DNA of 64,000 bases from Chiloscyllium plagiosum (taxonomy: Eukaryota). Each line of letters opens with the position of its first letter. The stretch's first letter is position 1. The DNA is taken from NCBI RefSeq assembly GCF_004010195.1, contig NC_057752.1, forward strand, positions 9,534,377 to 9,598,376. The letters run 5' to 3'. A model generated the notes under the pieces. That model searched no databases. It saw only the letters and a list, made by a program, of their open reading frames with translations, and had not been told where the DNA came from. This document shows, piece by piece, positions 12,001-24,419 of the stretch. The position numbers were made by a program, and so were the translations under genes.

Positions 12001-15000
12001 CTTATTTGCTTCTGTGGAACTTCATTTTAATTGAACTGAAGCCTCAAATCCTTTGCTCATCAAAATGCCCAACAAGTTTTTTTTGACTCTTGAGTTTAAC
12101 CTATGACTCAGTGAGTCATATAAATCAGGACGCCCATTATAGAAGGTTAGAGTGTATGGAATTAGGCTGAGCATTGAAATCTTGATTAAAATGCTTTATT
12201 GGGGAAACTTTGAATTTCAAAGCAATGTTTAAGTGGTTAACGGTGTGCTGCAAGGTTTTAGTTTTGGCCACTTCTGTTTACTATTGTATCAGTAATGTTG
12301 AGATGGACCTTTTGAAGTGATGTCAAAATTTGCAAATGATATAGAATCAGGAGATAATGCCAAAGGGAGAAGGTTTTGGGGGAAAAGCAAAAAGAACTGG
12401 GAAAATTCTAAGAAGGTTCAGCCTCCAAAAGTCCTTTACGCATCTCAGAACACGAAAGGACATGAATCCAGATCCTGTTCCTGCCTGCCTGCTCTCTCTG
12501 ATGGATAGATCACAATCCAGTGATTGTTGAACCAGTGAAGGAAATGGGTTTTAGAAAGGCTTGTTTAAAAGTAAGTACTTAACAACTTTGCTCTGGAATA
12601 GTGTCTTGTGACCAGTCTGCTGTATATCATATGAATCTAATATTTGAATAAATTAATTATCTTATCCAAAAGATAATTTGTGTGCAAATGAAATTATCTC
12701 TGCTTTGAAATCACATGTGTAACTTCTATGTTTTCTTTTGCTCCAAGTTTGTTGTGCTTTTGAAAAGTACCCTAGTGTTTTTAGCATTCAATTAGTGCTA
12801 GTTCCTGCCAAACGAACTTTGGTTTTATGTGCTGCTGCAGGCTAACTTAAATCTGCTTTATTTGTAAAAAAAAAAATGCATTGATCTCTACTACAGTGTG
12901 GTCTGCATCTAGAAATTGATCAGTTTTTAACGCTTGTCATTTAAAAAAATTTTGTAAGTTCTGTTTCTGCTATTTTCCCAGGATGTTCTAGGTTTGTTGG
13001 GTTTTTTTTTTTGGCTTGTTTGGGGGGCTTTTAGATATTGACATCTATTCCACACTGTCTGGGTCCTTGCAGATGACATGGGTGCCTCCCTTTTTTTAGC
13101 CTTAAATCTCACCTTCAGCTCTTTACCCCTCCCACCCCTGACTAAATGTCTGAATGAGTTGGTCTGTTTCCTACTTTGGCCCTCTTCATGGGCGACATGT
13201 TGTATTTGGAGTTCACATGGGACTCATTGTCCTCCAGGCTATAGGATAAAGTACTGGGTGAGGTGCAGTCCTGCCAGTTGCAGCTTATGAAGTCTAGAAT
13301 TTTGCAGTATGGGTTGTTGAAATCTGGCTAATCCTCAAAATTAGAATATCTGGCCTGTGGTAATCCAACTAATTAACTGCCCACTGCCGTTTATTTGTAC
13401 ATGATAACCTTTTGAGGGAGTTCCCAAAGTTGCTGCTGTTTTTGAAGAGGTGTTGGACAGACACGTAGTATTTCCGATTTTGAGGAGGAAGAATTAGTAT
13501 TTTTTTTAAACCCCTGCAACTAACTGAGGCTGTCTTTGCTCACCTCTTGCCATAGAGCCCGACAGGAGGGAAGATGATGGAAAAACGCTTGGGAAAGGTA
13601 TTCTCCTGACTCTCTGGAGCAGAATCAAAACTTTTCAAAATCACATCTTCCTTTTTTTTCTTTTTCTTGTTTTTTTTAGACCTTAAAAAACAAAGGTTAT
13701 CATGTAGGGGAGCCCAAAGAGGCGAAAGGTACATTGCTTTAATTAGTGTTGGTTGCCAATTTTCTTGAAAAATGAGTTTGAGACAAGTTCATTTTTTGTA
13801 TAGTCTTCAAGCTCACTTAACAATACTGGTCAGATTGGATTTCTTGCAGGGGGAGGAAGTATGCATTGTTTTGGATTTGTTTTAGAAACTGCTGACAAAC
13901 TCTTAGCATCTTCAGCTTCTGCCTAATAAACGTCAATTAAACTTGGAGAGAAAAAACCCTTTTGTCACAGGTGCAGTGTGGCTGGTTGCATTCAGCTTTC
14001 TGCTATTTGTATCTTGTGTCCATAGTGCACCACCATTTGTGCACTCTGCTGCCAATTGATGCTGACTGATTTGATTCTTTCATTAGCAGTTGACTGGATT
14101 GCTTGCTTTTGTTTTCTTTATCACCAGCATTTTTCCATTTCTCTCCATTCACTACTTCTAACCGTGGCTGTCTGTGCTGAGATCTGTGACTGACAGCTGA
14201 TGTAGGAGCCAGTATTTCTACTGCTTTGTATATAAGCTTTGTCCTGCATTCTATGCACTCACTTTTCTCCTTTTTAGCCTTTATGCTTAATTGGCATTCT
14301 CCCTTTTAATTGTGATCCAAGGGTCTCTCTAACTGTGTGAGACGGTTGGATTTCTTATTCATGTTAGCCGTTTAGAAGCTGAAACTAAACATTGAGTTGG
14401 CAGTGGCCATCTCGGCTGCTTCAAGTTGGACTGAAGGACATTCATACTAGTGTCTGCATTTTCTCAAATCATGTGCCAAGAATACTTTGACCATGGACCA
14501 TGGTCCATTGGCTGTAATCATTTAGTGGCAGGTTGAGTTTCTGCCTGTGATTTTGCCCACATGATTGTTTCAGTTCATATTGCCATCAGTGGGGAGTATC
14601 AAATAGAGTTTAAACACTAGCTCTCTGGAATATACCCCCCCAAACCCCAACTCTGCAGCACTGTCTGGAAGACCCCAGGTTAACTCTCTACTTCACCCAC
14701 CCTTATTCTGATAATGAATCATCATCACTGTAGCTTGCTTAAAAACTGAACACCCACATCTATAAGTACGCCTTCTATTGTAGTGGCAATCTGTTGGATT
14801 TGATCTGTATTTGGCATTAAATAGGAGGTCACAACATAAACATATTTCACTTATCCATGTGTAGCAACAAAAAAAAGCCAGAATTAAGAGAGAAATGCAA
14901 ATCTTATATAAATTTGAAATGACTTGAATTATATTGGTTTCTGATTTTTGTCTGGCTGATGGTGATTTGCTGTCTTTTAAATTGAAACTTCAAATGCTGT

Positions 15001-15329
15001 CACCTGAAGCAGACCTGATTCCAGACAAGATGTTGATGGTCTGTTTCTTAATTGTTGACTTTGAGAGGAACAGCGAACAGGAGTCATAGCCCGAGGTTGT
15101 GAAGAAACTGTGTGGCTGTGCAATGACATTATGGGTTACTATCGTGGGAATAATGCCCCTGGTGTTTATAGGGAGGTGCATTGGGGAAGAGAATTAATCA
15201 GAAATCTGGATTAAAAATACCTTCAACAACACAGTTTTATGAAATTGCATTGCCTGCTAGTTTAGTGGATGTATTAACCCATAAGGATTGTAATGTAGGT
15301 TTCTGGTTCAGACAATGCTTCTCAACTGG

Positions 15330-16376
15330 AAGAAAGTGAGGACTGCAGATGCTGGAGATCAGAGCTGAAAATGTGTTGCTGGAAAAGTGCAGCAGGTCAG
15401 GCAGCATCCAGGGAACAGGAGAATCGATGTTTCGGGCATAAGCCCTTCTTCAGGAATGAGGAAGGTGTGCCAAGCAGGCTAAGATAAAAGGTAGGGAGGA
15501 GGGACTTGGGGGAGGGGCATTGGGAATGCGATAGGTGAAAGGAGGTTAAGGTGAGGGTGATAGGCCGGAGNNNNNNNNNNNNNNNNNNNNNNNNNNNNNN
15601 NNNNNNNNNNNNNNNNNNNNNNNNNNNNNNNNNNNNNNNNNNNNNNNNNNNNNNNNNNNNNNNNNNNNNNNNNNNNNNNNNNNNNNNNNNNNNNNNNNNN
15701 NNNNNNNNNNNNNNNNNNNNNNNNNNNNNNNNNNNNNNNNNNNNNNNNNNNNNNNNNNNNNNNNNNNNNNNNNNNNNNNNNNNNNNNNNNNNNNNNNNNN
15801 NNNNNNNNNNNNNNNNNNNNNNNNNNNNNNNNNNNNNNNNNNNNNNNNNNNNNNNNNNNNNNNNNNNNNNNNNNNNNNNNNNNNNNNNNNNNNNNNNNNN
15901 NNNNNNNNNNNNNNNNNNNNNNNNNNNNNNNNNNNNNNNNNNNNNNNNNNNNNNNNNNNNNNNNNNNNNNNNNNNNNNNNNNNNNNNNNNNNNNNNNNNN
16001 NNNNNNNNNNNNNNNNNNNNNNNNNNNNNNNNNNNNNNNNNNNNNNNNNNNNNNNNNNNNNNNNNNNNNNNNNNNNNNNNNNNNNNNNNNNNNNNNNNNN
16101 NNNNNNNNNNNNNNNNNNNNNNNNTCCTGGGAGCAGATGTGGCGGAGGCGAAGGAATTGGGAATATGGGATGGCATTTTTACAGGGGGCAGGGTGGGAGG
16201 AGGTGTAATCTAGGTAGCTGTGGGAGTCGGTCAGTTTATAGTAAATGTCAGTGTTGAGTCGGTCGCCTGAGATAGAAATGGAGAGGTCTAGGAAGGGGAG
16301 GAAGGAGTCTGAGACGGTCCAGGTAAATTTGAGGTCGGGGTGGAAGGTGTTGGTAAAGTGGATGAACTGTTCAACT
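15330..16376 (-). mobile_element. Penelope-like element (family B): RT thumb region plus pseudo-LTR, spanning a gap
   Basis: FTNTFHPDLKFTW...LPFLDLSISI...IYYKLTDSHSYLDYTSSHP..CKNAIPYSQFLRLRHICS. Hammerhead motif at 15426-15453 (-). Confidence 0.9.
15571..16124. other. Assembly gap
   Basis: Run of N. Confidence 1.
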
Positions 16377-16639
16377 TCAATTTTAAATGGATTAGCACCT
16401 CTGCTAAAATAGACTGAGGAATTTTGGGTGCACACCTCTTACATTAACCACAGTACAAAATCAGACACTCTGTAAACTGGACCTAAGATGACAAAAATAC
16501 ACACCTGAGAAAGTAGCCTTTAGTTTTTTTCTTATGTAATCGTTTCATTTATATGCCAAGAGAATTATTTTGCTGTTTCTCAGCCCTCCAGTTCTCCACA
16601 TCATGGTTTTTTTTTCTGCGACTAGATGACATTAGTTCC

Positions 16640-17740
16640 GAGAGTAAACTTGACAGTTTTTTGTCAGACAGTGCAAGCAGTTTTAATTAGTATGGTATGT
16701 TGCCTCCTGGCTGCTAAGGTCAGAGATGTCTCTGATCGAGTCTACAGGATTCTTAAGAGGGAGAGCAGCCAGAAGTCGTGGTACATGTTGGTAGTAACGA
16801 CATAGGTAGGGAAAGGGAAGAGGACATGCCAAAAGAATATAGGGAATTCGAGTGGAAGCTAGAAGGCAGAACTAGCAGAGTAGGAGCCCCCCCACCCCCC
16901 TTTGGCGATGACCTTTGCACCCTCACTGTCAGACTATTGGAGGGTGGCGAATGTTATTCCCTTGTTCAAGAAAGGGAATAGGGATAACCCTGGGAGCTAG
17001 TGAGGACTGCACATGCAGGAGATCCCAGTTGTGTGGTGCTGGGAAAGCACACCAGGTCAGGCTGCATCCGAGGAGCAGGAGAGTCGACGTTTTGGACATA
17101 AGCCCTTCACCTGGAATGAATGATGAAGGGCTTATGCCCGAAATGTCAATTGTCCTGTTCCTTGGATGCTGCCTGACCTGCAGCCTTTTCCAGCACCACA
17201 CTCTTAATCCTGGGAATTACAGACCAATCCGTTTAACAGCTGTGGTGGGCAAATTATTGGAGAGGATGGGATGTAGAAGTTTTGGAGATGGTGCATAGGA
17301 GATTTAGCAGGATGCTACCTGGACTGGAGGGCATGTAGTAAGGTTGAGGTAGCTAGGGCTTTTCTCATTGGAGCGAAGGAGGGCGAGAGGTGACTTGATA
17401 GAGATGTTCAAAATGAGAGGCATAGGCAGAGGTTTTTCCCAGGCAAATGTGGCTATCATGAGGAGGCACAATTTTAAAGGTGATTGGAGGAAGGTATAAG
17501 GGTGATGTCAGAGGTTGGTTCTTTACACCAGACAGTGGTGGGTGCGTGGAATGCACTGCCAGCAGTTATAGTGGAGACAGGAACATCAGGGATATTTAAG
17601 CAACACTTGGATAGGCACATGGTAGATAGTAAAATGAAGGGTATGTCGGTTAGTCTGATCTTTGAGTAGGATAAAAGGTTAGCACAACATCGAGGGCCGA
17701 AGGGCCTGTATTGTCCTTTACTGTTACGTGTTCCAATGTT
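16640..17740 (+). mobile_element. Internally deleted CR1-like LINE (SGNH-like ORF1 piece, RT piece, 3' tail)
   Basis: VVHVGSNDIGR (CR1 ORF1 esterase-like), PGNYRPI.LT.VVGKLLE and tail gggccgaagggcctgta. Interrupted by a Penelope fragment. Confidence 0.8.
16996..17204. mobile_element. Palindromic Penelope pseudo-LTR mini-element
   Basis: Two opposed family-B termini, with an imperfect duplication taaccctggga/taatcctggga at 16985 and 17205. Confidence 0.75.
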
Positions 17741-18758
17741 GTAACTGCTCTTCGCCAAACTATTCACTCTTAGAGCCTTGTAATGTTAACTGTACACTGA
17801 CATTGTCATTCGTTTGAATTTTAAAATTTTATGTATGTATTTATTTAATACCAAATTTAAATGTAATTAAATGGGTTTTGTCATGTGCATTTTTAAAAAA
17901 GCCCCTGAAAGCTGAACATGAAGACAAATCTTATTGTAGATTCAATTCCAGTCTGGGTAATCCAGACTAAGCTAAGGGTAATCAAGGAGAACTGCACTTT
18001 GATTAGTTTGATTACTTGTTCAAATAGTGCGGAATTCACACAGACTTTACAGCAAGTCATCTGTGGAGATAGTGGAAGCTCATTGTTTTGATTCCATGTT
18101 AACTGGCTGTTAGACTCCATTGACACAGAAATGGCCATTAAGTGAAATGAATTGATCTGGAGTTTTAAGTTGAAAGTGATGCGATTTTAAAGTAGAGATG
18201 ATAGGAATGTGTAGCAGCAATTCTGATCTTAGACACTGTAAATGTAACACATCTTCCTCATTGTCTGTTTGCTTGCACACTCACCACTGTTGAAGTGAAT
18301 CAAGTTGCTCTGGAACCCTATGTAATCCACATGGTTTGTCCTGGAACAAATTGTGAGAACAACCATTACTGTCTGAATCTGGTCATAGTCCCTTGTTTAC
18401 TGTGTGTTGCAACTCTGCCAAATAGGACCACTTAGTCAGCTGGTTGCAGACTTCAGTCCGTAACTGGTCACCAGTGCAGTACGAGCCCTGGATGACTCTT
18501 AACTCTGTACACTGGGTTATGTTTATCTGCTAACTGTGATCTGGCTGAAATCTAAAAACCATTAACGTGGAGAAACTTGAGCATGTCTTCCCCTCCCACC
18601 TTCTCCATGACTTTGTGCATCAGTACACTATACCAGAGTGTCCAGTTGCAGCAGTGTCCAGCAGTTACTGTAGACTGTACAGCTGTTCAAGTGCAGCAGT
18701 TTGTGCGCAAAATTCTGAGTTGCTTAATAATTTGATGCTCCCCTTTTTTGTTTTGCAG

Positions 18759-18887
18759 GACTTTCTTATTATGTTTCTCCATCACCTTGCGACAGTTGGA
18801 TTAATCACCTTCTCTTATTCCAACAACATGGTGCGAGTTGGAACACTTGTCATGTGCCTTCATGACGCATCTGATTTCTTTTTAGAG
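18759..18887 (+). CDS. CERS5: CERS5 coding exon with Lag1p motif ([43 protein letters not shown])
   Basis: ttttgcAG acceptor, 129 nt, GTGAGA donor. Has the conserved HH and HD..D residues. DFLIMF and [13 protein letters not shown] resemble CERS5 more than CERS6. Confidence 0.97.
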
Positions 18888-19162
18888 GTGAGACTATTCT
18901 GTTGCATTGTGAGGCACTTTGATTTGGTGATTTAGTCCTGGGTAAACACCATTCTCAATTATTCTGGCTTTAATACCTTCTTGGACCAACAACACTTGGT
19001 TCTTAAGTTTTTACCACAGTAGTCTGTGAGCAGTTTTAACCAAGAGTGTGGAAGCAAAACAAATTTGTTGTGATTAGTGTCTGTATTATACCAAAAAAAA
19101 AACCTGTCTCACAGAGCCAGACAGACAGGTAGATACAGAGACACCAGACATAAAACTATATA

Positions 19163-19329
19163 CAGAGGACCCTCAATTATCCGGCATTCGATTATCCTAA
19201 ATATCAGATTATCTGGCAAGGTCCCGATGCTTACCTAAACTATGTTATCTGGCATTCGATTATCCAGCATTCGATTAATGGAATGAAATATTCCCCGCCA
19301 GTGTTCCACGGATAATCGAGGTTCTTATG
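19163..19329. mobile_element. Tc1/mariner (Tigger-like) MITE
   Basis: Imperfect TIRs cagaggaccctcaattatcc / ggataatcgaggttcttatg, TA on both sides, and internal repeats of gcattcgattatcc. Confidence 0.75.
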
Positions 19330-21079
19330 TATCAGTTATCAAGGAAAAGCCTCTGAAGATGTGGTTCTAAGGCTGGGATCTCATTTCATGATTCAGATAA
19401 TGGTTATAAATTGCTTGACCTTTACTCATGCAGTTTATGGCCATGAAATTGCACAAGAATTGTAACTCCAGCTTTATCTACTTTAAAGCCCCTCCACTGT
19501 CTCCTTTTCTAATATTAATAGCACATTACGGTTGTGTGTTGACTGTTCATAACAGGACCGTCTGATTTGCAGGGAGTTTGGACTTTTATTATCTTACACA
19601 GCAGGATTTGATTTAAAGTTTCCACCCACCTAGTGTTTGCTGAGGCTTACTTACTGTAAGTGCCAAAATTGATTCAACTCTTAAAACTGTTTAAAGAATG
19701 TATGACCCTTGTTCCCTAAGATTTCAACCCCAGTGAATCATCACTGTTCAAGCATCCTGAGAATCCGGGTGGGAGGTCAGCTCAGCAAGTAGGGCGTTTG
19801 CTCTGTGCCTTTCGTGATGTGTCTGAGACTTACAATTCACTGTGTAGTTTAGCAAAATACCGATTGGCAGAGCCTGTTTGAAATAGAGTGCACTGCTGTT
19901 TCTGATGACCCCTTCTGTGCGTCACATGTTGCTGGGGAATGAGACTGCCAATTACCAAGCGTCTGGTGCCCAACATCAAGTATTCTCTCAACCAGGTCAG
20001 CTGCAGAATAAGGGTCCCTCTAATCTTAAAGTCCTTCTGGCTGTGTGCCCTCCAGTTGAAGTTGTAAGTTTGAAATCCTCCTTTTATTTGTGTTCCCATT
20101 GTGAGTCCTAAATAGGAGTATGCTAGTTCCATTCCGCTTTCACCAACCCACCTAACTGCCCATAACTGCATGCAATTTGACAATATCCACTGCACTTGCT
20201 GCTCTGGAGAGTGTAAATTTCACATAGAAAATATTTGGACATTGAAGTTAAGATACTGTACCTTGAGGCAGAGCCGAGGGAACTTTTTTATTGTTGATTT
20301 AAGACCTGATGTTATGCACTGGATGCTTCTTTCTCCAGCACTTCAAACTTCAACAATACTATGGTGAAAGAAAAATTAGCTCAGGAGGTTAAACAACACA
20401 CGCATCAGCAAGCACTGGAATTCTTCCCAAGATTGTCATTATTGGCTGAGTTACCAACAGAAATCAGATTGCTTTAGGGTAATCTTGCTCTGGCACAGCT
20501 CTTTACGCAGAGATGAAAACTCAGCCAGAGGTTGTGCCTAGTTAGAATCCAAAGTAAAGAAACTACAACTTTCAGTATTAATGATAAGTACTTGCATTTA
20601 CATAGTGCCTTTTCATATTATAAAATGTTTTCGTCACTCTTGCTTGCTCTGTCTTACGTCCTCTCTCTGTCTGCCTCTCTCCTGAACGATAAGTGGATAA
20701 ATCCCCAGGACCTGATTAGGTATACCCTAGCATTCTGTGATTGCTGGGCCCCTTGCCGAGATATTTGTATCATCGATAGCTGGAAGACTGGAGGTTGGCT
20801 AACGTAGTGCCGCTGTTTAAGAAGGGTGGTAAGGAAAAGCCAGGGAACTATAGACCAGTGAGCCTGACATTGGTGCTGGGGAAGTTGGAGGGAATCCTGA
20901 GGGTCAGGATGTACATGTATTTGGAAAGGCAAGGACTGATCAGGGATAGTCAACATGGCTTTGTGTGTGGGAAACCATGCCTCATGAACTGATCAGTTTT
21001 TTTTTAAGTAATGAAGAGGGTTGAGGGCAGAGCAGTGGACATTATTGTGGTTCTGTTCGCCGAGCTGGGAATTTGTGTT

Positions 21080-21119
21080 GCAAACGTTTCGTCCCCTGGC
21101 TAGGCAACATCATCAGTGC
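21080..21119 (-). ncRNA. Minimal hammerhead ribozyme motif (family A)
   Basis: The reverse complement reads GCA-CTGATGA-T-GTTGCCT(agcc)AGGGGAC-GAAAC-GTT-TGC. Confidence 0.7.
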
Positions 21120-21486
21120 TTGGGAGCCTCCTGCGAAGCGCTTCTTTGATGTTTCCTCCGGTGTTTATAGTGGTCTGTCCCTGCCGTTTCTGGTTGTCAG
21201 TTTCAGCTGTCCGCTGTAGTGGTTGGTATATTGGGTCCAGGTTGATGTGTTTGTTGATGGAGTTTGTGGATGAATGCTATGCCTCTAGGAATTCCCTGGC
21301 TGTTCTCTGTCTGGCTTGCCCTATGATAGTAGTGTTGTCCCAGTCGAATTCATGTTGCTTGTTGTCTGCGTGTGTGGCTACTAAGGATAGCTGGTCGTGT
21401 TGTTTCGTAGCTAGTTGATGTTCATGTATGCGGATTGTTAGCTGTCTTCCTGTTTGTCCTCGAAGCGCTTCGCAGGAGGCTCCCAA

Positions 21487-21526
21487 GCGCTGATGATGAT
21501 ACCTAGCCAGGGGACGAAACGTTTGC
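21487..21526 (+). ncRNA. Minimal hammerhead ribozyme motif (family A)
   Basis: GCG-CTGATGA-TGATACCT(agcc)AGGGGAC-GAAAC-GTT-TGC. Stem II is partly mismatched. Confidence 0.6.
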
Positions 21527-23012
21527 AACACAAATTCCCAGCTCGGCGAACAGAACCACGACAACGAGCACCCGAGCTACAAATCTTCTCCCAAACAGTG
21601 GACATTATCTATATGGACTTCAGTAAGGTGTTCAACCAGGTTCCCCATGGGAGACTGGTTAGCAAGGTTAGATTTCATGAAATACAGGGAGAACTAGCCA
21701 TTTAGAAACAGAACTAGCTTAAAGGTAGAGGGTGGTAGTGGGGGGTTGCTTTTCAGACTGGAGGCCTGTGACCAGTGGTACTTTTCGTCATTTTATATAA
21801 ATGATTTAGATGTGAACATAGGAGGTATAGTTCGTAAGTTTGCAGATGACACCAAAATTGGAGATGTAGTGGACAGCGAAGGAGGTTACTGCAGAGTACA
21901 ACGGGATCTTTATCAGGTGGGCCAATGGGCTGAGAAGTGGCATATGGAGTTTAATTTAGATAAATGCGAGGTGCTGCTTTTTGGAGAAGCAAATCAGGGC
22001 AGGACTTATACACTTAATGGTAAGGTCCTAGGGAGTGTTGCTGAATAAAGAGACTTTGGAGTGCAGGTTCATAGCTCCTTGAAAGGTGGAGTCGCAGGCA
22101 GATAGGATAGTGAAGAAGGCATTGGGTATGCTTTTCGTTATTGGACAGAGCATTGGGTGTAGTGGTCATGTGGCTGTATAGGACATTGGTTAGGTCACTT
22201 TTGGAATATTGCGTGCAATTCTGGCCTCCCTCCTGTCGGAAGGATATTGTGAAACTTGAAAAGGTTCAGGAAAGATTTACATTGATGTTGCCTGGGTTGG
22301 AGGATTTTAAATACAGGGAGAGGCTGAATAGGCTGGGCTGTTTTCCCTAGAGCATCAGAGGCTGAGGGGTGACCTTGTAGAAGTTTATAAAATCATGAGG
22401 GGCATGGATAGGATAAATAGACAAGGTCTTTTCCCTGGGGTCAGGGAGTCCAGAACTAGAGGGCATAGGTTTATGGTGAGAGGGGAATGATATAAAAGAG
22501 ACCTAAGGGGCAACTCTTGCGTGCGTGCGTGCGTGTGTGTGTGTGTGTGTGTGTCAGTCAACATGTAAAAGGCATCTGGATGGAGATATGAATAGGAAAG
22601 GTTTGGAGGGATACGGGCCAGGTGCTGGTAGGTGGGACTAGATTGGGTTAGGACATCTGGTTGACATGCACGAGTTGGACTAAGGGTCTGTTTCCATGCT
22701 ATACATATCTGACTCTATGGTTGTAATGGTATTTAAAGCAGATTGCTTCACTCTCTATTCTCTCTTCTACTCCCCTATGTTATCCTACTTTTCAACGCTC
22801 TTATGAAATAGAGTTCAGAGGGTTAATTAATGCAGAGCTCTATTACAATCTAAGGTTTTATGTTAATTGCTAGTGTACCAAGTGTGACGTTTTTCAACAG
22901 TTGGAGAAACTGGATTGATTTTTCATTTTAAGTTTTCTAAGAGAGCCTTAATTTCACATCTCTTTCCACATGCTCTATTTGCTTATACCTATTTTGCTGT
23001 TTTCCCTTGCAG

Positions 23013-23119
23013 GCTGCTAAATTAGCAAATTATGCCAAGTATCAAAGACTTTGTGACTCATTATTTGTGATATTTGGTTTTGTCTTCGTCTCCAGTAGGC
23101 TTGGCATTTACCCGTTCTG
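23013..23119 (+). CDS. CERS5: CERS5 coding exon (AAKLANYAKYQRLCDSLFVIFGFVFVSSRLGIYPF/W)
   Basis: tttcccttgcAG acceptor, 107 nt (phase 2 end), GTGAGT donor. AAKLANYAKYQRLCD is CERS5-type. Confidence 0.97.
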
Positions 23120-23388
23120 GTGAGTAAAAGCCACATTTGGCTATTTAATGCATTGGGACTTTGAGATTTTCTTCTCTTTTACACTTGACTTGCAAGCAAG
23201 ATGTTGCTGAGGCTGTATGTTGGTAAATTTGTGTTTTCAAAATCACAAGCAGGCTGAACAGAGTGGATAGACAAAATCTGGTCCTGCTCATAAAAGAAAA
23301 GTGAATGGGAGGGCATACATTTAAAGTAATTAAGCAAGGGTGATGCGTGAAAAAAAATTTCACCCAATGAGTAGTTATGGTATGGAAT

Positions 23389-23745
23389 TAGCGAGTTTTG
23401 AGAAGATTTGTAGGTGAGGTTGAGGTTTTGGATGTAGGTTTGCTCACTGAGCTGGAAGGTTCATTTCCAGACGTTTTGTTATCCTACTAGGTAACATCTT
23501 CAGTGGGCCTCGGGCAAAGCAATGCTGAAAATTCCTGCTTTCTACTTCTATGTTTGGGTTTCTTTGGGTTGATGATGTCATTTCCTGTGGTGAAGTCACT
23601 TCCTGTTCCTTTTTCTCAGTGGGTGGTAGATGGGGTCTAACTTGGTGTGTTTGTTGATAGAGTTCCAGTTGGAATGCCATGCTTTACGAATTCTTGTGCA
23701 TGTCTTTATTTGGCTTGTCCTAGGATGGATGTGTTGTCCTAGTGG
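23389..23745 (-). mobile_element. Penelope-like 3' fragment inside an old CR1 relic (about 23160-23950)
   Basis: Same subfamily as 39810-40216. 12-bp duplication ATGGTATGGAAT at 23377-23388 and 23746-23757. Degenerate hammerhead (AAAAC in place of GAAAC). Confidence 0.8.
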
Positions 23746-24419
23746 ATGGTATGGAATGCATGGCCTGAAAATGTGGTGGAAACCGGTTTAATTGAGGCAT
23801 TCAAGAGAACATTGAATGATTACCTGAATCACAATGGTGCGCAGGGATGTGGAGAAAAGGCAGGAGATTGCACCAGTTTACTTACCTAGTGCCAGGCACA
23901 GTGGGCTGAATAGTCGCCTCCTGCATCGTAACAGTTCTGTGTTCCTTTATGGGTAGCTGACAGGAAATTTTCAACATATTTACATTCCTGGATTTCCAAA
24001 ACACATTCAGGTTTTTGCATAGACAGCATTTTGCCTGGGACCACAGCAAGAGGAGGAGTGGAGAATACCTAAACTATGTACTCCTCTTGTGAAATAGTCT
24101 ACTAAAGATGTTGGGGCATGTGGGCGAGAGTCTTTGCTATTCTATTCACATGTTTGGGATGCAATGAGAATGATGCTAAGGCCTTCTCCACCATGGAAGC
24201 AATTTCACTTTTTCCCCTCACCTTCAAGAATTTTGGTAGGCTCTAATCCTTGATAAAACAAGGGAGCAAAGAGACAGGAGCAAATCTTTCTTTTGATTTT
24301 GAAGTGAATCTTCATAATTACTGCAGTTATTTTGCAGCAGCACTCCCCTCTCAAGAGAAAATAAGTCTCACAACATCAGCACCTCCACTCCTGAGTTGAT
24401 TATAATTGACATAAGTCCT

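Larger units (their letters stand above)
21046..21595. mobile_element. Penelope-like element (family A) with inverted termini, inserted in the CR1 LINE
   Basis: Minus-strand GQTGRQLTIRIHEHQLA (GIY-YIG). 13-bp duplication CAGTGGACATTAT at 21033-21045 and 21596-21608. Confidence 0.9.
20680..22720 (+). mobile_element. CR1/HER1-like LINE, 5'-truncated (RT to 3' tail)
   Basis: ANVVPLFKKGGKEKPGNYRPVSLT, KFADDTKIG and LEYCVQFWPP. Tail ...gactctatg. (GCGT)n(GT)n microsatellite at about 22517-22553. Confidence 0.92.

Noticed and set aside
15397..16435. Long ORFs of 220-318 aa
   Set aside because: Their length is an artefact of the N run; the real portion is Penelope RT.
18567..18935. 122-aa ORF as a standalone gene
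   Set aside because: Only 18759-18887 is a spliced CERS5 exon; the rest is intronic read-through.
19180..19280. CRISPR-like short repeats (gcattcgattatcc)
   Set aside because: Eukaryotic context and irregular spacing; these are internal subterminal repeats of a MITE.
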